A stretch of 52,160 nt of DNA from Nemertoderma westbladi. Taxonomy: Eukaryota; Animalia; Xenacoelomorpha. Location of the stretch: contig JAUCBJ010008791.1 of NCBI GenBank assembly GCA_032718475.1, forward strand, positions 1 through 52,160, given 5' to 3'. The translations under genes were made by a program, and so were the position numbers. Of this stretch, positions 25,486 to 40,080 are shown one piece after another (within the stretch, counting starts at the first letter, position 1; every line of letters starts with the position of its first letter). The notes under the pieces are model-generated. The model was not told where the DNA came from and made no database searches. It was given only the letters and a program-made list of their open reading frames with translations.

Positions 25486-26539
25486 TGGATTTATTTATGT
25501 ATTTAGAAGATCTGCAGATATATTTAAAACGCCAAAAAAACGTTATTTCTTATTTTTTAATTGTTAACTACTGTGCATATTTGTTGTATTTTGTTTTAAT
25601 ATACAAATGTGTCACTGACATCTTTTCTGTCAGTGATTTATTTTTCATTTTCAAGTTTTGTAATAATTATATTTGTTTGCCATGTATGTATTGTATAGTA
25701 CAGTAGTATACCGACTGTAAGGTTTGTTTATTGGATGATAAATGGGGGATTCTCAAAAAAAGTGGCCAAAATTGAAAATCATATTTTACATTGCACACAC
25801 ACATTCCACAGAATTTGATCTAATGAACGAAATTACATGCGGTTTTTATTATAGTGGTCAGCTTGTTTTAAGGTAATACACCCACGTAATCATAGTTAAT
25901 TTTCGAATGATTTTTCAAAAAACTTTGAACTTTTAAAGTGTAAAATTTTACCTCACTAAATTTACCTCACCTGTACGTAAACACCATAGAATAATATTGA
26001 TAATGATTCCCTATGTAAAACCAAGACAATAGATTAGCCGTAACGCGACTTTTAGAGTAGCCGTACCGCGACTTTCAAAGTCGCGTTACGGCTATTCTCT
26101 CAAAAAATTAGCCGTAACGCGACATTAGCCGTAAGGCGACGACACCTATGGGAAGCGAGTTTATTGAAGACAAAACATAGTGTTAATTTTCTCACAGAAT
26201 AATTATCTGAATCCATTAGTTCGATGACATTGATTAATCATCAAGACACCCTTCTATAGAAGGCTAAATGTACACATGGGGTTAGTAATATACAATTACC
26301 ATCTCCTAATTAAAGGCGAATTAAATCCATGGTAATAATTTGTATTGTAAGCATTCATGGGGTAGTTGTGAGTGGGTTCAAAATTCGAATGGCAGGTACC
26401 CTGCATAGCAGCATGATTTCTCAAATGAAATTCTACACGGATCTGAATAATTCTTAACTAAAAAATAAGTATTATTTTAGGACATGAGTAATGTAATAGT
26501 CAGATTAATATATAATTAATGGGCTGGATAACGATGGAG

Positions 26540-28230
26540 CACTGTCTGCACCACTGTCTACACTACTGTCTGCACCACTGTTTGCACCACTGTCTGCACC
26601 ACTGTCTGCACCACTGTCTGCACCACTGTCTAAACCAGTGTCTGCACCACTGTCTGCACCACTGTCTGCACCACTGTCTGCACCACTGTCTGCACCACTG
26701 TCTGCACCACTGTCTGCACTACTGTCTACACCACTGTCTGCACCAGTGTCTGCACCACTGTCTGCACCAGTGTCTGCACCACTGTCTGCACCACTGTCTG
26801 CACCAGTGTCTGCACCACTGTCTGTACCACTGTCTGCACCACTGTCTGCACCAGTGTCTGCACCACTGTATACACCACTGTCTGCATCACTGTCTGCACC
26901 ACTTTCTGCACCAGTGTCTGCACCACTGTCTGCACCACTGTCTGCACCACTGTCTGCACCACTGTCTGCACCAGTGTCTGCACCACTGTCTGCACCACTG
27001 TCTGCACCACTATCTGCACCACTGTCTGCACAACTGTCTGCACCACTGTCGGCACCACTGTCTGCACCACTGTCTGCACCGCTGTCTGCTTAACGTTTAC
27101 ACCCTCACTGCTGCTATGTTAGGTGGGAGGCCTGCTGATTAAATTCTAAGCACTGGGTCGCTCAAATGTGTTATAGGTTAATAATAATGAATGGGGAGGA
27201 ACCCAACTACACTACATTTGTCTATGGACTTCTTATAGCCTGCTTGCTGACTTTTTATTAACTGTGTTCGTCTCTCAGAAGCAAAGACTCTAATTGACTA
27301 ATGTTATAAATTCGAACAAAAAATTAAAACATCTGCTCCGGAACACACATATTTACTACACTGAAACACATAAATTCATTAACAATAGTCCATTAGTCTG
27401 CACCACTGTCTGCACTACTGTCTGCACCACTGTTTGCACCACTGTCTGCACCACTGTCTGCACCACTGTCTGCACCACTGTCTAAACCAGTGTCTGCACC
27501 ACTGTCTGCACCACTGTCTGCACCACTGTTTGCACCACTGTCTGCACCACTGTCTGCACCACTGTCTGCACCACTGTCTACACCACTGTCTGCACCAGTG
27601 TCTGCACCACTGTCTGCACCAGTGTCTGCACCACTGTCTGCACCACTGTCTGCACCAGTGTCTGCACCACTGTCTGTACCACTGTCTGCACCACTGTCTG
27701 CACCAGTGTCTGCACCACTGTATACACCACTGTCTGCATCACTGTCTGCACCACTTTCTGCACCAGTGTCTGCACCACTGTCTGCACCACTGTCTGCACC
27801 ACTGTCTGCACCAGTGTCTGCACCACTGTCTGCACCACTGTCTGCACCACTATCTGCACCACTGTCTGCACAACTGTCTGCACCACTGTCGGCACCACTG
27901 TCTGCACCACTGTCTGCACCGCTGTCTGCTTAACGTTTACACCCTCACTGCTGCTATGTTAGGTGGGAGGCCTGCTGATTAAATTCTAAGCACTGGGTCG
28001 CTCAAATGTGTTATAGGTTAATAATAATGAATGGGGAGGAACCCAACTACACTACATTTATCTATGGACTTCTTATAGCCTGCTTGCTGACTTTTTATTA
28101 ACTGTGTTCGTCTCTCAGAAGCAAAGACTCTAATTGACTAATGTTATAAATTCGAACAAAAAATTAAAACATCTGCCCCGGAACACACATATTTACTACA
28201 CTGAAACACATAAATTCATTAACAATAGTC
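26540..28230. repeat. 12-bp minisatellite (CACCACTGTCTG)n plus 300-bp flank, tandemly duplicated (840-bp offset)
   Basis: Arrays at 26540-27089 and 27396-27929. 27090-27390 matches 27930-28230 with two substitutions seen. Confidence 0.97.
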
Positions 28231-28926
28231 AGATGTGTCATATTTATTTCATTTGAGTCGGCTTATTCTAACAACAATAAACGGTGTTGTTACCAATTAA
28301 GTGAAAGCAGTAGGTTACAGAGACGGCTTTTACTAACCAAAACAATAAACGATGTTGTTACCAATTGAGGGAAAGGAGTAGGTTACTGAGACGGCTCCCT
28401 AGTAGGTTACTGAGGCGGCTCCCTATAAGCATCAACACGTCTAAAACACGTGGATACGACGTAAGGCGGCTCCCTATAAGCATCAACACGTCTAAAACAC
28501 GTGGATACGACGTAATTATTTGACGTCAACGTGTTGAAAATGATGTCCTGGCAACGTGTATTTTGTAAGTGTCAAACACGTGTTTGAGCACGTCAAACCA
28601 TGACGTGCTACAGTTTACGTCAATTGATTTGTTAGACACGTGTCAATTACGTCATCAGACGTCAAATACTACACTGGAACACCACACAAGCACGTCAAAT
28701 GACGTGCTAGACACGTACCAATAACATACGCCACATAACTACACCACACAAGCACGTACGCGTCGCTTTTTACATCGCTTAGATCCATGACAGTTATGAT
28801 TGAAATTGATTTTACTTTCTTGACGGTGTTTATTGATACTATAATAAAGACTAGCAGCAGGCGGCCCTTCGGGCCGCCTACAGCTAGTAACATTTGATCA
28901 CACTAAAAACAATAAGTGACATTATA

Positions 28927-29823
28927 CACCATGTCCCGTAATAGTGTCATTTTCTGATGACACGGACCCCCCCCCCCCCCAGATTTTTTTACAAATCTTT
29001 ATCATATTGCTTGAAATTTGAAACACAACTAGTTCCACTCACCGTCGATGACCCCATGAAGCCGGAATTTTGGATTTTGCCTTTAAATTTTTTGTGTATA
29101 AGCGTTCATAAGAGTTCGTATAAGCGTTTTAAAAAAGTCTCTTTAGCGAAATCGCACCCTCCGTATCGTGGCCATTCTTCTCATTAGTCGTAATTTTTTC
29201 ATTAAATTATTAAAAAGCTTGCGTTGCAAGGATTCCAAATATGTAACAATATCTGAATTTCGTTGAGAAACAACTGAGATATAGGCGTTCAATTTTTAAT
29301 AAATACACAAAATTCTAGAATGTGTTATTTATTTTATAAGTTGGTTGGCAACAGCGGTAATCCTATCCAATATATCTACTGTATTGCATAGCTATTCATA
29401 CTTAAACAAAATGTTCCAGAATATCGTGTATTTATTAAATAGAATAAATGGCCTTCAGCGAACGATACTTCTTGCAATCTTTGAACACCTGTATCTCAAT
29501 TGTTTCTCAACGAAATTCAGATATTGTTACATATTTCGAATCCTTGCAAAGCAAGCTTTTTAATGATATGACTTATGTTATGACTTATGTGAAGAATGGC
29601 CACGATACGGAGGAGACACTTTTTTAAAAAGCTTATAAAAAAAAATTAAAAGAAAAATCTAAAATTCCGGCTTCATGGGGTCATCGACGGTGAGTGGAAC
29701 TAGATATGTTTCAAATTTCAAGCAATATAATAAATATTTGTAGAAAAATCTGGGGCCGTGTCAGATTCATGTCAGGGAGTGTCCGAGTCATCAGAAAATG
29801 ACACTATATTACGGGACATGGTG
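28927..29823. mobile_element. Tc1/mariner-type foldback MITE
   Basis: TA|CACCATGTCCCGTAATA...TATTACGGGACATGGTG|TA. The imperfect inverted arms extend several hundred bp. Confidence 0.9.
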
Positions 29824-30962
29824 TATACTTATTATATATAGTGACGGAAATCGCAAATTTTTCTGAATTGTCAATAGAAAAGAAAATGAAAAGAAAAACA
29901 TTAATTATTACGCACATTTAGAAGCAGGAAAATAATAGTCAACCATGTTTATACAGTTGTTGCTACTTTGTATGTAATAAATCATAACCTTAATGGAGTT
30001 AATACTCTTCAAATACATACAAATTTGAACACTATTACACTGTAATATTGTTTATATAAGAAGTTCAGGAAACACAACATTGGTGACTGTTGTGTTGCCA
30101 TTGGGGGTAAAATTCTGAGACCACTGAATGTTGTACAACGGCTCAGGGCTACATATAACTGCCGTGGATAAATACATCTTCATCTAAATAGACTCCAACC
30201 ATCTTTAATTACCAATTAATTACCAATAACAATAATTCGAATCCAAATGGTTAGGACGTTGACACACAGGCAGTAAAAGTGTTATATTATTATTATCATT
30301 GCCATGAGTAATCAAATTGAAAAGTTATGTCAATTTTATTCCTTTTAGAGAAGTTTGCTGTGATTGGTACTCAGCCTTGGTCTTGGATTTGGTATCTCAG
30401 CCTGCCTTTATACAACCAGCCTTAGCCAACCTGCCCAGGCTGTGGTTCTGGCTATGCTAGGCTGAGGGCTAAGGTACTGTAGTTTTATAGCTTGTGGTGA
30501 AGCAGTGAGCTTATCTAATTGACCAAGACACGACGGACGATTTGGATGGATATACAGATATATGGATAAAACATTATTATATAATGTAACCAACGGACGA
30601 TAAATTTAATATCCGAATAAATTGTTAATTAACAACTAATACACACAAATTAAAATGGCACTGATATATGTAGCACAAGTTTGATTTGGAAATGAATATA
30701 AATATAAAAATTACAAGATGGAGGGGAAAAAATTATTGGCAAAGATAACAGGGGCGTCTTACTATTGCATACTGTTCTGCTTCTGGGCGTTAGCAGTCTG
30801 CCAATTAGGCAATTTCAGTATTTATGCGTACCGGTATAACAGTCTGAAGGGTTTACAGATTGATAATTTTATGCTATTTTATTACCGTACCGGTACAGCG
30901 GTACCAGTCAGCCAGTAGCGGTAGGCCTAATACAGTACAACAGTAATATCCGTAATGCTGTA

Positions 30963-31382
30963 ATGGATCCTTCAAATAAGGATGAACCTGTGGAAGAGGA
31001 TGCGACTGAGCTACAGTTCCCCAAAGAGTTTGAGAACGCAGAAACTCTACTAAACTCTGAGGTTTACATGCTGTTGCAACACCGGAAAACCCAATCGGAA
31101 TCGGCGGAAGACGACCAGGAACTGGGCGAAGTTTTCACGAAAACTCATCAGTATACCGAACATTTCTCCCGGTTCAAGAATCGCGAGACCATCATGGCCA
31201 TCCGGACTCTCGTCGGACAAAAGAAGTTGCACAAGTTCGAGATGGCGGCCATCGCGAACCTGTGTCCGGAATCCGCGGACGAAGCGAAGTCACTGATCCC
31301 GAGTCTCGAGGGCCGATTCGAGGACGAGGAAATACAGCAGTTACTCGATGACATTCAGACTAAACGCAGTTTCCAATATTAA
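30963..31382 (+). CDS. POLR2D: RNA polymerase II subunit RPB4 (intronless)
   Basis: [24 protein letters not shown]...[31 protein letters not shown]...KRSFQY. Full length, 139 aa. Confidence 0.97.
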   Translation: MDPSNKDEPVEEDATELQFPKEFENAETLLNSEVYMLLQHRKTQSESAEDDQELGEVFTKTHQYTEHFSRFKNRETIMAIRTLVGQKKLHKFEMAAIANLCPESADEAKSLIPSLEGRFEDEEIQQLLDDIQTKRSFQY

Positions 31383-31889
31383 CCCTGTAATCCATCACTT
31401 ATTTATTTTAGAAGGATACATGTCAGCATGTTGTTAATGATAAAAATCGTTGCAATGCAGTTTATGTTTTACTCTGTAAATATTATATTAAATACGTTGA
31501 TCCTCTTACAAACTTATTTTCAGCCGATTGCACTTTATTAGGACCTGCCCTACTGGATAATGTTTTATGTAAATTACCAATCAATCAGCCAATGACTGAA
31601 TGAGAGAAGCAGAAACAGTGGCAGTTTTGTCTATCAGAGTGTCAGAAGTCAAAAAGAAGCGAAACTCAAAAACTATTTACAGGTGTACTTATCAACCTAT
31701 ACGCAGGCAATCTGGATTTTATCTAGGTTGTTATATTGGGCTCGTTATTGCAGTATTGATGTCAATCTGTTGGGTTTAATATTTATAAAACAAAATTTCT
31801 AACTTTATATAACGATATAATATACAGTATTAACAATATATTATGTACAACAACATAACTATTTACACATAACTATTTACATAATTATA

Positions 31890-32004
31890 TGAAAAATAGC
31901 ACTTTTCAGCGTTGTAACCCGAGTGTAATTATGTACCGAGCGAGCGCAGCGAGGGATCATATATATTACAAGGGCCATAAACGCGCTGAATAGTACCCTT
32001 TTCA
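31890..32004. repeat. Imperfect palindrome centred on GAGCGAGCGCAGCGAG
   Basis: TGAAAAATAGCACTTTTCAGCG..TGTAAT pairs with ATTACA..CGCTGAATAGTACCCTTTTCA. Confidence 0.55.
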
Positions 32005-33127
32005 CACAATGATCTTGATCTACGTAATTTTATTAGATTATGTTAATTTATCGGCTTTGCCTTCTGAATGCTTAATCATTAACTTTAAAATATTATAATG
32101 TTTCGAAATATTAATGATATTCATATCATTTTTATGCATTTAATTGCAGGAACTGTAACACCAGTATGGTAAATAATCTTACACTTAGCCTACGGTGACT
32201 ATCATCAATATATCAAAACGTTTTCTAGAAGTTTATATTGTTACTATGTTAGTACTTGTTTTGCAACGTTCCGTCCTTTAGGCCGCAACGCTGCAAAGTG
32301 GTACTTTACTGAGTTACATACGAGGATATCACCAGAAATCTGGTAAGTTGACATAATGTAACAAATATTATTTCTGTTAAAAACAAAGACGGACAATGTT
32401 AAAAATAAGAGTTAAAAACGCGTATTAAATAAGTGTAAAAACCCCCGAAATCATATAAACCCTGTGTGGTTCTGGTCTGTTTCGTAGGTGTTAATTCTAT
32501 TAGAGAGGCTAAGGCAATTATTTCCAATAGGAAGTACCATATATATTATACTTACTGGTGTTCTTCATGAGTGGTCCAACTGTTAGTAAGAAAGCAGGAC
32601 AATTCAGCCCCGGAAAATTCGCGTTCAGCTTCCAGACAATTCGTTCCGATTTATTTGTGGTTTGGTTCCTAATTTGGCGGATTTTCACTCACTGTCTCTG
32701 TGTTTCATACAGTAGGCCACATATTAATGAAACGTAAATATTGTCCTTCACGGAATAGTCATTTATTTCTACTTTTAGTAATTTCTGATTTATTTGTTTT
32801 TTATTTATTTTTCAGCACCATATCGTTTACAGTGTTTTCCCGTGAGTTTGGTCTGTATCTGTAGACTGTACATCTGCCTCACCGGTTAGAGGCCGGGCAT
32901 CCTAGTTGTCTAGTTACCCCGGGCATTTGATTCGCCCAAGTATTAGAAGAGAAATCAGCTCCGTTCCTCGCCAGTAGTCGTTTGTGTACTTGGTATCTGT
33001 TTATTTAGACACCCTGGACTGGGATTTCTTGGCAGGTACAGTACGAACCCGTATATACTGCTGGATTCTACAGTAAGGTATTTCGTTACTAGGATTCGGT
33101 AGGCGGTATACTACTGGACTTATCATT

Positions 33128-33592
33128 CTTTTTGGAGTTAACAAAAAGATCAACACTAGAAGCAGCCAGTTCTAATAACCCGAGGAGCCGTTTGACTCCC
33201 TCTAATGATTCTGAGAGTACTCCTAAGTCATCAGCAAAGTCTTAATCAGTTAAGTACTTGGCAGGATTTCATCGACTTCTGCAGCCAGTAGGTGGAGTTA
33301 TCATCACCCCATCATCATTATGATGATCTAAGGACATGCATAGAACATAGTCAACCACAATTATGAATAAGAATGGCGCAAGTGTGTCTCCCTGGAGGAC
33401 GCCCCATAACACTTCAAATGGTTCTGTGTCACCGTCAACAGTAGACACAAATTTTGTCGAACCATCGTATACTAATCTGATTGCTGCAATAATTTCATCA
33501 GGAATCCCATATATTGAAAGTATGCTGAACATGTGAGCGAGAGACTGAATCAAAGGGCTCGAAGAAGTCAACAAAGATAACAGCCAGATCAC
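33128..33592 (-). mobile_element. RTE-clade LINE RT fragment
   Basis: GVLQGDTLAPFLFIIVVDY and a FADD motif. Highly similar to 40935-41410. Confidence 0.9.
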
Positions 33593-34232
33593 AATATGCT
33601 ACATATAGTAATATGAGACTTTACACCTGCCGAAACATTAAAACCATTTCCAATCATAAACCGAGTGGATTAGATGAAATCCCTGCATAGGTATGCAAAA
33701 CAGGGTTGAATCCATCTATATAGATAAAGTTCTCGAAATCCAAATAGCTTATGGAATACCAGAAGTAATCGACGATGACATTATTAGGCTGCTGGCGACT
33801 GCAAGGCGACACATTGGCGCCATTACTATTCGTAATTGTATACTGGATTACGCAATAAGGACGGCCACAAAGGGTGAAAATAATACAATCACAGACACCA
33901 CCAACTTTAGGATGACATTGCCCTGTTTTCTAATACGCTAGCTGGTGCACAACTTAATGTTGAATAAGGTGGAAAAGGCTGATAAAGTGCTTGAATTGCA
34001 GATTCAATTCCAATAAAGTAAAATCGTTGTCGCTGACATCAAAATAAGGGACAGTTACGTAGAAGATTGAGTGGTGACATTATTAAAGTATTTGTAAGTA
34101 ACTTTCTAAAATATGCTAAAAATGTTTTATTGATCAGAGAATGGCATTAATGCCCCAAATAGACTTCTATTTATATACTTTAGACACAGGCAATAATCGC
34201 ACCTAATAATGGTTCTGTCCACCATAATATTT

Positions 34233-37200
34233 TGTGCCCTTGATTAATGATTGTGTTCCTGAATAATGATTGTGTTCCTGATTAATGATTGTGTTCCTGA
34301 TTAATGTTTGTGTTCCTGATTAATGTTTGTGTCCCTGATTAATGTTTGTGACCCTGACTAATGTTTGTGTTCCTGACTAATGTTTGTGTCGCTGATTAAT
34401 GTTTGTGTTCCTGACTAATGTTTGTGTCCCTGACTAATGTTTGTGTCCCTGATTAATGTTTGTGTCCCTGATTAATGTTTGTGACCCTGACTAATGTTTG
34501 TGTCCCTGACTAATGTTTGTGTCCCTCATTAATATTTGTGTTCCTGACTAATGTTTGTGTCCCTGACTAATGTTTGTGTCCATGATTAATGTTTGTGTTC
34601 CTAATTAATGTTTGTGTCCCTGATTAATGTTTGTGACCCTGACTAATGTTTGTGTTCCTGACTAATGTTTGTGTCGCTGATTAATGTTTGTGTTCCTGAC
34701 TAATGTTTGTGTCCCTGACTAATGTTTGTGTCCCTGACTAATGTTTGTGTCCCTCATTAATATTTGTGTTCCTGACTAATGTTTGTGTCCATGATTAATG
34801 TTTGTGTCCCTGATTAATGTTTGTGACCTTGACTAATGTTTGTGTTCCTGACTAATGTTTGTGTCGCTGATTAATGTTTGTGTTCCTGACTAATGTTTGT
34901 GTCCCTGACGAATGTTTGTGTCCCTGATTAATGTTTGTGTCCCTGATTAATGTTTGTGACCCTGACTAATGTTTGTGTCCCTGACTAATGTTTGTGTCCC
35001 TCATTTATATTTGTGTTCCTGACTAATGTTTGTGTCCCTGACTAATGTTTGTGTCCATGATTAATGTTTGTGTTCCTGATTAATGTTTGTGTACCTGATT
35101 AATGTTTGTGTCCCTGATTAATTATTGTGTCCCTCATTAATGTTTGTGTTCTTGACTAATGTTTGTGTCCCTGACTAATGTTTGTGTTCCGGATTAATGT
35201 TTGTGTTCCTGATTAATGTGTGTCCCTGATTAATGTTTGTGTCCCTGATTAATTATTGTATCCCTGATTAATGTGTGTCCCTGATTAATGTTTGTGTCCC
35301 TCATTAATGTTTGTGTTCCTGATTAATGTGTGTCCCTGATTAATGTTTGTGTCCCTGATTAATTTTTGTATCCCTGATTAATGTGTGTCCCTGATTAATG
35401 TTTGTGTCCCTCATTAATATTTGTGTTCCTGACTAATGTTTGTGTCCCTGACTAATGTTTGTGTTCCTGATTAATTTTTATGTCACTGATTAATATTTGT
35501 GTTCCTGACTAATGTTTGTGTCCCTGACTAATGTTTGTGTTCCTGATTAATTTTTATGTCACTGATTAATGTTTGTGTTCCGGATTAATGTTTGTGTTCC
35601 TGATTAATGTGTGTCCCTGATTAATGTTTGTGTCCCTGATTAATGTTTGTGTACCTGATTAATGTTTGTGTCCCTGATTAATGTTTGTGTCCCTGATTAA
35701 TGTTTGTGTCCCTGATTTATGTTTGTGTCCCTGATTAATGTTTGTGTCCCTGATTAATGTTTGTGTCCCTGATTAATGTTTGTGTCCCTGATTAAAGTAT
35801 GTGTTCCACATTAATGTTTGTGTTCCTGACTAATGTTTGTGTCCCTGATTAATGTTTGTGTTCCTGATTAATGATTGTGTCACTGATTAATGTTTGTGTC
35901 CCTGATTTATGTTTGTGTCCCTGATTAATGTTTGTGTCCCTGATTAATGTTTGTGTCCCTGATTAATGTGTGTCCCTCATTAATGTTTGTGTCCCTGATT
36001 AATGTTTGTGTCCCTGATTAAAGTTTGTGTTCCACATTAATGTTTGTGTCCCTGATTTATGTTTGTGTCCCTGATTAATGTTTGTGTCCCTGATTAATGT
36101 GTGTCCCTCATTAATGTTTGTGTCCCTGATTAATGTTTGTGTCCCTGATTAAAGTTTGTGTTCCACATTAATGTTTGTGTCCCTGATTTATGTTTGTGTC
36201 CCTGATTAATGTTTGTGTCCCTGATTAATGTTTGTGTCCCTGATTAAAGTTTGTGTTCCACATTAATGTTTGTGTTCCTGACTAATGTTTGTGTTCCTGA
36301 CTAATGTTCGTGTCACTGATTTATGTTTGTGTTCCTGATTAATGATTGTGTCACTGATTTATGTTTGTGTCCCTGATTTATGTTTGTGTCCCTGATTTAT
36401 GTTTGTGTTCCTGATTAATGATTGTGTCACTGATTTATGTTTGTGTCCCTGATTTATGTTTGTGTCCCTGATTAATGTTTGCGTTCCACATTAATGTTTG
36501 TGTTCCTGACTAATGTTTGTGTTCCTGACTAATGTTTGTGTCCCTGATTAATGTTTGTGTTCCTGATTAATGATTGTGTCACTGATTTATGTTTGTGTCC
36601 CTGATTTGTGTTTGTGTCGCTGATTAATGTTTGTGTCCCATATTTATGTTTGTGCCCCTGATTTATGTTTGTGTCGCTGATTAATGTTTGCGTCCCATAT
36701 TTATGTTTGAGTCCCTTATTGATCTGTGTCCCTTATTGATCTGTGTCCCTGAATAATGTTTGTGTTCCTCATTAATGATTGTGTCACTGATTTATGTTTG
36801 TGTCCCTAATTTATGTTTGTGTCCCTGATTTATGTTTGTGTCCCTCATTAATGTTTGTGTTCCTGACGAATGTTTGTGTTCCTGATTAATGTGTGTCCCT
36901 CATTAATGTTTGTGTCCTTGAGTAATGTTTGTGTTCCTCATTTATATTTGTGTCCCTGATTAATGTTTATGTCACTGATAAATGTTTGTGTCCCTCGTTA
37001 ATGTTTGTGTTCCTGACGAATGTTTGTGTTCCTGATTAATGTGTTTCCCTCATTAATGTTTGTGTCCTTGAGTAATGTTTGTGTTCCTCAATAATGTTTG
37101 TGTTCCTCATTAATGTTTGTGTCCCTGATTAATGTTTGTGTCCCTGATTTATGTTTGTGTCCCTGATTAATGTTTGTGTCCCTGATTAATGTTTGTGTCC

Positions 37201-39200
37201 CTGATTAATGTTTGTGTCCCTGATTAATGTTTGTGTTCCACATTAATATTTGTGTTCCTGACTAATGTTTGTGTTCCTGACTAATGTTTGTGTCACTGAT
37301 TTATGTTTGTGTCCCTCATTAATGTTTGTGTTCCTGACGAATGTTTGTGTTCCTGATTAATGTGTGTCCCTCATTAATGTTTGTGTCCTTGAGTAATGTT
37401 TGTGTCCCTGACTAATGTTTGTGTTCCTCATTAATGTTTGTGTTCCTCATTAATGTTTGTGTCCCTGATTAATGTTTGTGTCCCTGATTTATGTTTGTGT
37501 TCCACATTAATGTTTGTGTCCCTCATTAATGTTTGTGTTCCTCATTAATGTTTGTGTTCCTCATTAATGTTTGTGTCCCTGATTAATGTTTGTGTCCCTG
37601 ATTTATGTTTGTGTTCCACATTAATGTTTGTGTTCCTAACTAATGTTTGTGTTCCTGACTAATATTTGTGTCACTGATTTATGTTTGTGTTCCTGATTAA
37701 TGATTGTGTCACTGATTTATGTTTGTGTCCCTCATTAATGTTTGTGTTCCTGACGAATGTTTGTGTTCTGATTAATGTGTGTCCCTCATTAATGTTTGTG
37801 TCCTTGAGTAATGTTTGTGTTCCTCATTAATGTTTGTGTTCCTCATTAATGTTTGTGTCCCTGATTAATGTTTGTGTCCCTGATTTATGTTTGTGTCCCT
37901 GATTAATGTTTGTGTCCCTGATTAATGTTTGTGTCCCTGACTAATGTTTGTGTCCCTGATTTATGTTTGTGTTCCACATTAATGTTTGTGTTCCTGACTA
38001 ATGTTTGTGTTCCTGAGTAATGATTGTGTCACTGATTTATGTTTGTGTCCCTGATTTATGTTTGTGTTCCACATTAATGTTTGTGTTCCTGACTAATGTT
38101 TGTGTCACTGATTTATGTTTGTGTTCCTGATTAATGATTGTGTCACTGATTTATGTTTGTGTCCCTCATTAATGTTTGTGTTCCTGATTAATGTTTGTGT
38201 TCCACATTAATGTTTGTGTTCCTGACTAATGTTTGTGTTCCTGACTAATGTTTGTGTCCCTGATTAATGTTTGTGTTCCTGATTAATGATTGTATCACTG
38301 ATTTATGTTTGTGTCCCTGATTTATGTTTGTGTCCCTGATGTATGTTTGTGTCCCTCATTAATGTTTGTGTTCCTGACTAATGTTTGTGTTCCTGATTAA
38401 TGTGTGTCCCTCATTAATGTTTGTGTCCTTGAGTAATGTTTGTGTTCCTGACTAATGTTTGTGTTCCTGATTAATGTGTGTCCCTCATTAATGTTTGTGT
38501 CCTTGAGTAATGTTTGTGTTCCTCATTAATGTTTGTGTTCCTGATTAATGTTTGTGTCCCCGATTAATGTTTATGTCACTGATTAATGTTTGTGTCACTG
38601 ATTAATGTTTGTGTCCGTGACTAATATTTGTGTTCCTGATTAATGTTTGTGACCCTGATTAATGTTTGTGTCCCTGATTTATATTTGTGTCGCTGATTAA
38701 TGTTTGTGTCCCATATTTATGTTTGAGTCCCTTATTGATCTGTGTCCCTTATTGATCTGTGTCCCCTATTGATCTGTGTCCCTGATTAATGTTTGTGTCC
38801 CTTATTTATGTTTGTGCCCCTGATTAATGTTTGTGTTCCTGACTAATGTTTGTGTTCCTGATTAATGTTTGTGTTCCTGATTAATGTGTGTCCCTCATTA
38901 ATGTTTGTGTCCTTGAGTAATGTTTGTGTCCCTGATTTATGTTTGTGCCCCCCCCCATTAATGTTTGTGTTCCTGACGAATGTTTGTGTTCCTGATTAAT
39001 GTGTGTCCCTGATTAATGTTTGTGTCCTTGAGTAATGTTTGTGTTCCTCATTAATGTTTGTGTCCCTGATTAATGTTTGTGTCCCTGATTAATGTTTGTG
39101 TCCTCATTAATGTTTGTGTCCCTGATTAATGTTTATGTCCCTGATTTATGTTTGTGTCGCTGATTAATGTTTGTGTCGCTGATTAATGCATGTGTCCCAT
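34233..39200. repeat. 19-bp satellite (GATTAATGTTTGTGTCCCT)n, ~5 kb, with 17-bp variant units
   Basis: Directly visible. It is followed by an AT-only low-complexity tract (39200-39370). Confidence 0.99.
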
Positions 39201-39502
39201 ATTTATGTTTTATTATTATATATTTTATTTATATTATATTTATATTTTATATTTATTTATATTATATTTATATTTTATGATTTATTTATTATATATTTAT
39301 ATTTATATTTATTTATTTTATATTTATATTTTATATTTATTTATTTTATTTATTCCATATTTATTTTATATCATATCCCCAATGATTAAAATTTGTTATT
39401 AGTGCTTCCACAAATACAATCATTGAATATAATCCTATAACAGTGTACAATGAACACAAACAACCTAAATAAAGTTTGATCATTGTTTTATTTGATTTGG
39501 TA

Positions 39503-40080
39503 CTATTTCCTTAGAATCACTCCAAGTGTACTGGTAACTATGATCACAAGCCTATGGCGCCGTATCAGTAAAGAATGCGCTACTCCAATCAACTTCCCCA
39601 TCTGCTCCGAGAGGATTATTCTCCCAATTAGTATCACAGGCTCCATCGCAGCATTGCAACTGGCAGGCCACCTGGGGATCTTCTAACGTACTCTTTAAAG
39701 CATTTGCAGCACTCGCCATAACGTTTGCAACCTCTGTATCATCATCTTCACCAGCACATTCAGCCTCAGATATTGATTTACACTGACCATTCAACACGTC
39801 TGTCACACACATAACAAACCCCATATACAGGAGTAAGTTGGCATCTAATTCCTTCATCTTCCCCCCTACTATAGTCGACATTGTCATGCACTTCGCGCAA
39901 TCTTCTGTAGTTACCTTCGGTACTGCATCAAAAAGCAATTTAACCGCCTCATCTTGAATTTGGGAATTGTCAGATTTTATTACAAAAGTTGAACCTTCTT
40001 CACAAGTTGCGCCTTCACAAACTGAGTTAACGAAGATATCACAAAGACACACCACGATTTATTAACTTGAGGTTATCCAT
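39503..40080 (-). pseudogene. Intronless secreted, GPI-anchored, 10-Cys Ly6/three-finger-like gene with two +1 frameshifts
   Basis: ATG at 40080 gives a signal peptide (MDNLKLI/IVVCLCDIFVNSVCEG) if 1 nt is removed. The core ORF ends CQLQCCDGACD. A shifted frame gives the hydrophobic tail LVIIVTSTLGVILRK*. AATAAA lies at 39492-39487. Confidence 0.6.

Noticed and set aside
26519-27982. His/Cys-rich (HHCL)n metal-binding ORFs
   Set aside because: Translation of a 12-bp minisatellite that is open in several frames; no other coding evidence.
39186-39402. Tyr/Ile/Phe-rich ORFs
   Set aside because: AT-only low-complexity sequence.
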